Positions 12,766 through 22,500 of a DNA stretch of 64,000 nucleotides are shown here, piece after piece. Under the pieces are notes generated by a model, which ran no database searches, had not been told where the DNA came from, and saw only the letters and a list, made by a program, of their open reading frames with translations. The DNA is from Macrostomum lignano (lineage: Eukaryota). Numbering within the stretch: the first letter of the stretch is position 1; each line of letters begins with the position of its first letter. Location of the stretch: contig NIVC01000393.1 in the NCBI GenBank assembly GCA_002269645.1, positions 496,001 through 560,000 of the forward strand. Reading direction: 5' to 3'. A program made the translations under genes and the position numbers.

Positions 12766-15700
12766 ATGTGGCTCACAACCCTGATCTTCTACCTGTTCAT
12801 TCTCATCGGCGGGGCGCACCTGCTTCGGAAGAACTTGCGCAATCGCCAGACAGCAAAGCTGAAGCACTGCGGCTTCTATTCAATCGGCGGAGAGTTCTTC
12901 AGCCTGAAGAAGTGGCTCATGTACTGCCTGCTCTGGTTGCGGGCTTGGCGTCAGAGGCAAAAGCCGATTCGAGTCTGGGACCGCGAGCTCCTGCAGCAAT
13001 GGGAAGAGTCCGAGAAACCGCAGCAGCTTGACCAGAACGACAAGGATGTAAGTTGACGATAGAGATCCGCCTATTCTGTCGCGAAGGGCAGGATGTCATG
13101 GTGACGACATGACGCGCTTTTTAATTTTGAGTGTGGGAGCCTGGCAAGCCTCTTAAGGGTGTCACCGCCAGTCAGCACGTTTCAGTACCTAAAAAACTGG
13201 GCCCAATTCCAGAGGTTCCATTACGAGACAATCTCTAGATTTTGTTCACCCTTTGTTCAATCTATCGTACAGGTATAAGCAAATGGTACTTGGTATATAA
13301 TCGTAATTCCTCTAATGCTATCAAGTAAGGTCTAAGTAAGGTCTGCCAACTACATTCGCGTATCATTTTTGGCATGTGGCATGTGTTTTAACACAAAGCA
13401 AAAACTGGTTCCAGTTGCAACTAGTCCAAAGACCCACCTTATTCTACTAATTAGTTCTTTTTAATCGGCGAAATCTCATCAAGCAGCTCGCGTAGTCTAA
13501 GCAAAGCAGTTCATAAACCCGATATCTTGGTATAGTTCTTGTCATTCGAGTAATTTCTTTGTTCCCCCAGTCCATCGATTCTGTCTATTTCTACGGAGGC
13601 GAGCTGGAATCGGACAAGCCGGCCATAGTTATCCGAATGGCCAGGCGGCCCGACCGAGTGGCCGAGCTCTGGTTTCTGGTGCGCATGCCGGACGGTACCA
13701 TCCTGGAGCACCCGGTGCAGCCCAATACTCACGTGACCAACTGCAGTCCGGACACCTTCTCCGCCGGCGGATTTACTATTACTTGCGACGAGCCGATGAA
13801 CTACTGGAGCCTGCGCTACCACGGCCTGATGAAGCGCGGCATCGCCGACCAGCTGGAGCCGCAGGCCACGTCGCACAACCTGGATGACTACGTGACTGTC
13901 AATCTGCGCGCAAAATTCCGCGCCTCCGTCAATCCGTTCGACGCTAAGACGGATCTCAGTCCAAAATCGTGGCCGAGTTTCTCGCCCGCGAGCCCTGGAG
14001 CTCTGCATTCTTTGCCAAGCTGAAGCGAAACGAGGAACAAGTCCACCTGGAGCAGTGGGGAATGCTGACTGGAGAGATGACAGTTGGAACTCAGCGCTAC
14101 GATCTCAATATGAGCGCTTATAGGGACCACTCCTACGGTATGGCTCAATTAAGAACTTGATTTAAAATTAATGAGTAACTTACGAGTGTATATACGACAG
14201 TTCGTGTATGCCAATTTTGTTGCAGGACTGCGCAATTGGCGTCAATACTATCGCTACGCGGCCCACTTTGGCTACCTGGAGAATGGGAGCTTCTTCAGCT
14301 TCGGCTCGGTGTCGATTCCACAGACGACAACGCACGTGAAGTACGGCTATATCTACCTGCCCTACGGCAAGAAGTGCGCCATCGATGGCCACGACTTGAA
14401 CCTGTGGGAGAAAGGTGAAATAACGGAGCCGCCGAAGAACTACCAGGTGCGACTGATTGCCAACGGCAAGGACTACAAAGTTGAGGTTTGGGCCGGTGAG
14501 AACATCCCGCTGTACGTGCAATCGGCCAGTTGCGTTCTATTCGAAAGGTTCACCGAATTCACCGTTAATGGCATTCGCGGATGGGGCATAACGGAGTACT
14601 GCTACTGGCATCACAGTCCTCTGGAAGGTACACCGGAGGGTTCCTTGCCAATGCCTATTGTTCCGGGTGCTCTGAGCAATGAAGACACCCTTGTCGTTGA
14701 CTTGGACCAACAAGACTGCTGTGTGAGGTCTCTGACTGGCGGCAAAGGGTCGCAGCTGGCTGTGGCTACAAAAATCTTTAATGAGAGCGGCAGAAGCGAC
14801 GTCCGAGTGCCGAAGGGGTTCGTAGTGACCACTAATGCGTACCGAGAGTTTATCCAAGCCAACACCGTGTTGTGGGAGGGCATTAACGAGCTGCGAGCGG
14901 CTGCCACCTCCGGAAAGGGCGGGTCTCTGGAACCTGCTTGTAAATCCTTGATCAAAGCTTTCGCCTCGGCGACTCTGCCAGCATCTGTGACCGAGGTAGT
15001 GATGAATTCATTGGATCGGATTTTTAGCGGCGAACCCGAAATTCGGTTCGCTGTGCGCTCGTCCGGCGTTAGCGAGGATGGCTCCAGCGCGTCCAGCGCA
15101 GGCCAGATGGAGACGTTCCTGGGCGTGAATCGGGATGAGCTGCCGGTAAAAATTGTTGAGTGCTGGGCGTCGCTTTTTTGCCATCGGGCCGTGCAGTACA
15201 GGCACAGCGTAGGCCAGGGCATCGATGCCAGCATGGCGGTGGTGGTGCAGGGGATGGTCCCAGCCACAGCGGCTGGAGTTCTCTTCAGCCAGGATCCGAT
15301 AAGCGGCTGCTCGAGCCTGATGAAGATTGAAGCGAACTTCGGCCTCGGCGAGAGTGTCGTGTCCGGCTTAGTGACGCCTGACTCGTTCACCGTTCGACGA
15401 TTTCCGGACGGCTACAAGACCATTGAGGATCGCCAGCTGGGCGAGAAGTCCGAAGTCATGCAGGTGGGCGAGTCAGGCGGCCTGGAGACCAGGCACAGTG
15501 ATGAGAAGGTCAGCTCCCTGAGCGACAAGCGAGTGCTGGCTCTGGCAGAGCTTGGCGAGGAGCTCGAGAAACGCTACGGAGCTGCCGTCGACGTTGAATT
15601 TGCACTGGTCGACGACACAATCCACCTGCTCCAGGTGCGCCCTGTTACTGCGATGGGACCAGAGACTTTGGATGATGTGATGCACGAGTTCGACAGCTCG

Positions 15701-17592
15701 TTCAGCTACAAGGAGGGCTGGCTGACAACGGCCAACATTGGCGAAATGAGTCCCGGTGCGATGACACCGCTGACTCTGAGCACGTTCGGCCGAGCGGTTG
15801 ACTGGAGCATGATAAAGTACAAGGCGACCAAGTCTGGCATTGTCCCAGAGATCAGCAGGCCGATGTCTGGCTTAGCCTGCAGCGCCAATCACCTGCTAAT
15901 CAACATGATGGAGCTGGGCCTGGGCTCCGAGGTCATGTCGCTGTTCGGCAAGTTCGACATGGCCTGCATCGCGCTGCTCGGTCGGACGCTGGACGAACCA
16001 ACTCGCGACGATCTACGACGCTACACGGACGGTGAGGCGAACCTGCTGGACAAGATTTGGAACGCCGTCTGTGACATTCTGACCATCTACCAGTCGACCA
16101 AGCTCACTGAGGCCTGGGAAAAGAAGTTCCAAGACGGCTACCACGTGATGCCGCAGTACACAGCTAAGGAGCAGTACATGGAGCTGGACTCTCGCATGCC
16201 GGACTATGCTCAGTGCTGGTGCGACACCATCATCAACACGGGCAAGTCCGCCGTCAACAGCATGGTGCTGGTGAGCATCTTCAACGAGCAATTCGGCTTG
16301 AATGAGCAGACGTTCAGCAAGCTGGCTCTGTGCCTGTCCAACTGCGAAAACGTCTACAGTGCCGATGTGCCGACCGCTCTGCACAACCTGGCCGTCGATC
16401 TGTCGAACTCTCCGAACTGCAGCGCCTTCCTGGCTTTGTCGCCGAAGGATGCCGCCAACTGGCTTCTGTCGTACGAAAGCGGCAAGGCCGGTGAGAGCTT
16501 TCGCAGCTTCATCAACCGGCATGGCTTCCGCTGCATCCGGGAGGCCGAGTTCCGTGAGGTGTCCTGGCGAGCCGCTCCGGAAAAAATCGTGGCCATAATG
16601 CAGGCCACCATTTCGGCTGGCCTGGTGCGGCGCGAGGCCAAGGAGACGCTGACTATTGATGAGATCGTGGAGCAGTTGGAGCTGCGCAACCCACTGACGA
16701 GGCGACTCGTCAAGGCGCTGATTCCGTTGGCCAGACGCGGTGTCGCAAGCCGCGAATGGGGTAAGGCCATCTCCATTCGAATGGTGGACGCCATCAAGGA
16801 GGGTTACAAGCACCTCGGCCAGCTAATGGTTAAAGAAGAGTTGGCGCCGGACACCGACTTGGTGTACTTCTTCACTCACCGGGAGCTCGGCCTGCTCGTT
16901 GATCGCAAGGACACCTCTTCATTGATCAAGAAGGTGAGCAAGCACGAGAAACACGCAGACTCATTAACAATTGTACCTATAGGTAGGTTTGAGTAAAAAT
17001 CTGAAGTCTGAGGATAAGTATAATAATCGATACGATTTTATTCAAGATTAAAAACTTTAAAAAGTTTTCATGCGTAAGCACAGCCCGCCATTCCGCCATC
17101 CCGTCCCTCGCACAGGCCCTGAAGCGACGCGCTGCTCTGCCGCGCCAGAACGCCCTGCAGCTTCCCGAGCTGATCAAAGGCAACCCCCGGTTCGACCTGC
17201 TCGCCGAGCAGGAGCGGCCGCGATCTCCTCCCGGTGCCAGACGCGGCAGCGGCGAGCAGCTGAGCGTCGCCGGCATGCCGGTGAGCCGCGGCTCGGTGAC
17301 CGGGCGCGCTCGGGTAATCCGCAACCTGCAGGACGCGGCCGAAATCGAGAAGGACGACGTGCTGATCGTACCGTACACCGACGTGGGCTGGACGCCCTAC
17401 TTCCCACTGATCAGCGGCCTCGCCACGGAGAAGGGAGGCCTGCTGTCGCACGGAGCCGTGGTGGCCCGCGAGTTCGGCATCCCCTGCATCGTCGGGGCCA
17501 AGCAGGCGACCTCGCTGTTCAAGACTGGCGACTTTGTCGATCTTGACGGCGAGCGCGGCCTGCTGAGGCTGGCGGAGCAGCAGCAGGAGTGA
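12766..17592 (+). CDS. Membrane-anchored PEP-utilising/ATP-grasp enzyme with rifampicin phosphotransferase/PigC domain order (often auto-annotated putative PEP synthase), ~1344 aa; apparent 1-nt deletion at 13963-13966
   Basis: Exons 12766-13047, 13571-14137, 14226-16933, 17116-17592. Hydrophobic N-terminus MWLTTLIFYLFILIGG. PPDK_N motifs GGKGSQLA, FAVRSSGVSED, SAGQMETFLGV, AGVLFSQDP, GLGESVVSG, DVEFA..LLQVRPVT. RPH-type middle region (TTANIGEMSPGAMTPL; FINRHGFRCIREAE). C-terminal His domain GGLLSHGAVVAREFGIP. No PEP-binding TIM barrel. Confidence 0.93.
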
Positions 17593-17723
17593 CACCCAAG
17601 AGAGCCTTGGCACCGCTGTTGCGAACATGCAGAATCACTGGCTAGGAAATTGCTGAATCACGTATAACAAAGACTCTTGCTGAAAAACATGGGACCTCCG
17701 GAGGGGGACTTCCGAGCATTCAA

Positions 17724-19120
17724 TGGGGCATTCTATCCTACAGAATGGGGCATCCTATCCTACAGAATGGGGTATCCTATCCTACAGAATGGGGTATCCT
17801 ATCCTACAGAATGGGGTATCCTATCCTACAGAATGGGGTATCCTATCCTACAGAATGGGGTATCCTATCCTACAGAATGGGGTATCCTATCCTACAGAAT
17901 GGGGTATCCTATCCTACAGAATGGGGTATCCTATCCTACAGAATGGGGTATCCTATCCTACAGAATGGGGTATCCTATCCTACAGAATGGGGTATCCTAT
18001 CCTACAGAATGGGGTATCCTATCCTACAGAATGGGGTATCCTATCCTACAGAATGGGGTATCCTATCCTACAGAATGGGGTATCCTATCCTACAGAATGG
18101 GGTATCCTATCCTACAGAATGGGGTATCCTATCCTACAGAATGGGTATCCTATCCTACAGAATGGGGAATTCTATCCTACAGAATGGGGAATTCTATCCT
18201 ACAGAATGGGGTATCCTATCCTACAGAATGGGGAATTCTATCCTACAGAATGGGGAATTCTATCCTACAGAATGGGGTATCCTATCCTACAGAATGGGGA
18301 ATTCTATCCTACAGAATGGGGAATTCTATCCTACAGAATGGGGAATTCTATCCTACAGAATGGGGAATTCTATCCTACAGAATGGGGAATTCTATCCTAC
18401 AGAATGGGGTATCCTATCCTACAGAATGGGGTATCCTATCCTACAGAATGGGGAATTCTATCCTACAGAATGGGGAATTCTATACTACAGAATGGGGAAT
18501 TCTATCCTACAGAATGGGGTATCCTATCCTACAGAATGGGGTATCCTATCCTACAGAATGGGGTATCCTATCCTACAGAATGGGTATCCTATCCTACAGA
18601 ATGGGGAATTCTATCCTACAGAATGGGGTATCCTATCCTACAGAATGGGTATCCTATCCTACAGAATGGGGTATCCTATCCTACAGAATGGGGAATTCTA
18701 TCCTACAGAATGGGGAATTCTATCCTACAGAATGGGGTATCCTATCCTACAGAATGGGGAATTCTATCCTACAGAATGGGGAATTCTATCCTACAGAATG
18801 GGGTATCCTATCCTACAGAATGGGGTATCCTATCCTACAGAATGGGGAATTCTATCCTACAGAATGGGGTATCCTATCCTACAGAATGGGGAATTCTATC
18901 CTACAGAATGGGGAATTCTATCCTACAGAATGGGGTATCCTATCCTACAGAATGGTGAATTCTATCCTACAGAATGGGGCATTCTATCCTACAGAATGGG
19001 GAATTCTATCCTACAGAATGGGGAATTCTATCCTACAGAATGGGGTATCCTATCCTACAGAATGGGGCATCCTATCCTACAGAATGGGGAATTCTATCCT
19101 ACAGAATGGGGCATTTTATC
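17724..19120. repeat. 22-bp minisatellite between two convergent genes
   Basis: Unit ATCCTACAGAATGGGGTATCCT with a GAATTCT variant; roughly 63 copies. Confidence 0.97.
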
Positions 19121-19547
19121 CAATATAATTGGCATTGGAGCCTATAGGATATGACTTTAAGTTTGAGTTAATTCTTCTCAATTCTTCTTAAACGTCATGT
19201 TTACCTATGAGTTCTACTCAGTTCCTTTCCTAAATTTAGACTGACACTAAAGGCGACTAATATTAGAACAAACATACTCGTGATTGAACGATTTTTATCT
19301 TTCAAAATGTACTTTTATTAACTGACAGTTAAAAGTTGTCTATTAGGTCTGTTTATTTCCTAAATTCATTAAGTAATTACCATCAATTATAGCAGAAGTA
19401 GCTCTTACTACTACTGCTCGTAAGTAGTAGTAGTAACGAATCAATAATTCTACTAACTAGCAAGGAAATTGCGAACTCTTGATTCACTGCTTCAAAGACT
19501 AGAAAAAAGCCAGATAGTCCCAGTTCGAGTCCCTGCAGCTTCTGCTG

Positions 19548-22500
19548 TCAGCCCCATTTCTGTCTCTCGCCGGAGCCGAAGATGGCGAAGAACAGCACGT
19601 TTGCAGCGTGCAGCAGTGCGGCCAGGAGGAACACCCGAGACCACGACTGGGCGCTCTGCAAGTTTGGAAGGCCACTTTCTGGCGTTCGATTACATCACAT
19701 TCTATTGTCGTAGTGAAGAATAAATTATAGACTCTTAGCGAAGTCTCTTATACAACATTTCGCTATATTCTTAGGATAGCCATCCGCGTATTTTAATATT
19801 TTATTTCTCATCACTCACTCTCCTCTCTCCACCCCTCTTTCTTCCCCCATCTCACTCGATGCCCTACCTCTACCCATACCCCGTACTCTCCTCCTAAACT
19901 GCATACTCTCCTCTCCCCCACACTCTCCCCCTCTCGCTCATACTCTCCCTCTCTCCCCCACACTCTCCCCCTCTCCCCCACACTCTCCCCCTCTCGCTCA
20001 TACTCTCCCCTCTCCCCCATACTCTCCCCTCTCCCCCATACTCTCCCCCTCTCCCCCATACTCTCCCTCTCTGCCCCATACTCTCCCCTCTCCCCCACAC
20101 TCTCCCCCTCTCGCTCATACTCTCCCCTCTCCCCCATACTCTCCCCTCTCCCCCATACTCTCCCCCTCTCCCCCATACTCTCCCCTCTCCCCCATACTCT
20201 CCCCCTCTCGCTCATACTCTCCCTCTCTCCCCCACACTCTCCCCCTCTCCCCCACACTCTCCCCCTCTCGCTCATACTCTCCCTCTCTCCCCCACACTCT
20301 CCCCCTCTCCCCCACACTCTCCCCCTCTCGCTCATACTCTCCCCTCTCCCCCATACTCTCCCCTTTCCCCCATACTCTCCCCTCTCCCCCATACTCTCCC
20401 CTCTCCCCCACACTCTCCCCCTCTCCCCCACACTCTCCCCCTCTCGCTCATACTCTCCCTCTCTCCCCCATACTCTCCCCTCTCCCCCATACTCTCCCCT
20501 CTCCCCCATACTCTCCCCCTCTCGCTCATACTCTCCCTCTCTCCCCCACACTCTCCCCTCTCCCCCACACTCTCCCCTCTCGCTCATACTCTCCCTCTCT
20601 CCCCACACTCTCCCCCTCTCCCCCACACTCTCCCTCTCCCCCATACTCTCCCTCTCTCCCCCATACTCTCCCCTCTCCCTCATGCTCTTCCCTCTCCCCC
20701 ATACTCTCCCCTCTCCCCATACTCTCCCCATATCCCCCATACTCTCCCCTCTCCCCCATACTCTCCCCTCTCCCCCATACTCTCCCCTCTCCCCCATACT
20801 CTCCACTCTCCCCCATACTCTCCCTCTCTCCCCCATACTCTCCCCTCTCCCCCATACTCTCCCTCTCCCCCATACTCTCCCTCTCTCCCCATACTCTCCC
20901 CTCTCCCCCATACTCTCCCCTCTCCCCCATACTCTCCTCCTTTCTCCATAGTCTTCCCCAATATTTGCCTACCCTCTCTCCAATCAGTCTTCCCATTGTC
21001 TCTCTTACCCAACTCACTTCCCACCCCCCTCTCACTCCGGCACTCACGTGATCCTCCGCCATGTAGGCGGTGGCCACCGGCAGGAAGATTCCAGCCATAG
21101 AGCCGACCCCATTGGCCAGGCCCATCAGGATGCCGGCGTATCGGGGCGCCAGGTCCAGCAGGTTCACGTTGAAGCCTGCGGGCGGGGCAGGTTTGAACAG
21201 GAATTTGGGAAGAGAGGGGGTTATGACCGGGATGGGAGAAGTGCCCCAGCTACCTGACAGAGCGATCGCGCTAAAGCCGACAGCCAGGGTCAGGCAGACG
21301 ACAGCCACTCTGGCATCGGATGAGTAACCAGCGACCAGAAGAAATATTGCCTCCATGCCGAAGCCTGCGATGGTTGGTTTGAAGGCGTGGTGATCAGGTG
21401 TGGGGTTGATCGGTGTGGGGTTGATCGGTGTGGGGTTGATCATGTGTGGGGTTGATCGGTGTGGGGTTGATCGGTGTGGGGTTGATCGGTGTGGGGTTGA
21501 TCGGTGTGGGATTGATCGGTGTGGGGTTGATCGGTGTGGGGTTGATCGGTGTGGGGTTGATCGGTGTGGGGTTGATCGGTGTGGGGTTGATCATGTGTGG
21601 GGTTGATCATGTGTGGGATTTATCGGGTGTGGGATTGATCATGTGGGGGATTGATCGGGTGTGGGATTGATCAGGTGTGGGATTGATCGGTGTGGGATTG
21701 ATCGGGTGTGGGGTTGATCGGTGTGGGATTGATCAGGTGTAGGATTGATCGGGTGTGGGATTGATTGGGTGTGGGAATGATCGAGTATGCGATTGATCGG
21801 GTGTGGGATTGATCGGGTGTGGGATTGATCGGGAGTGGGATTGATCGGGTGTAGGATTGATCGGGTGTGGGATTGATCGGGTGTGGGAATGATCGAGTAT
21901 GCGATTGATCGGGTGTGGGATTGATCGGGTGTGGGATTGATCGGGTGTGGGATTGATCGGGTATGGGATTGATCGGGTGTGGGATTGATCGGGTGTGGGA
22001 TTGATCGGTGTGGGATTGATCGGGTGTGGGGTTGATCGGTGTGGGATTGATCAGGTGTAGGATTGATCGGGTGTGGGATTGATTGGGTGTGGGAATGATC
22101 GAGTATGCGATTGATCGGGTGTGGGATTGATCGGGTGTGGGATTGATCGGGAGTGGGATTGATCGGGTGTAGGATTGATCGGGTGTGGGATTGATCGGGT
22201 GTGGGAATGATCGAGTATGCGATTGATCGGGTGTGGGATTGATCGGGTGTGGGATTGATCGGGTATGGGATTGATCGGGTGTGGGATTGATCAGGTGTGG
22301 GATTGATCGAGTGTGGGATTGATCAGGTGAGGGATTGTTCAGGTTTGGGATTGATCAGGTGTGGTATCATTACCAAAGCAGATGTACAGCTTTCTAACCG
22401 CCGTAGTTGTCAGGCGCCCATTGTTGAGGAAGTCGGCAGTGCAGCCTCCGATGGGGACGATGACGGAGGTCAGCAGGTGCGGCATCGCCGACACGAAGCC

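Noticed and set aside
13955-13975. Programmed -1 ribosomal frameshift
   Set aside because: No X XXY YYZ slippery heptamer; a missing base in an A run is simpler.
14171-17592. Annotation as phosphoenolpyruvate synthase / pyruvate phosphate dikinase
   Set aside because: The His domain is C-terminal and there is no PEP/pyruvate-binding TIM barrel; the domain order is RPH/PigC-like.
12766-17592. Bacterial contaminant or chimeric contig
   Set aside because: Three GT-AG introns with consistent phases (given the one-base fix), and continuous eukaryotic context on both sides.
17677-19154. Three overlapping 400-480-aa ORFs
   Set aside because: Translations of a stop-free 22-bp tandem repeat.
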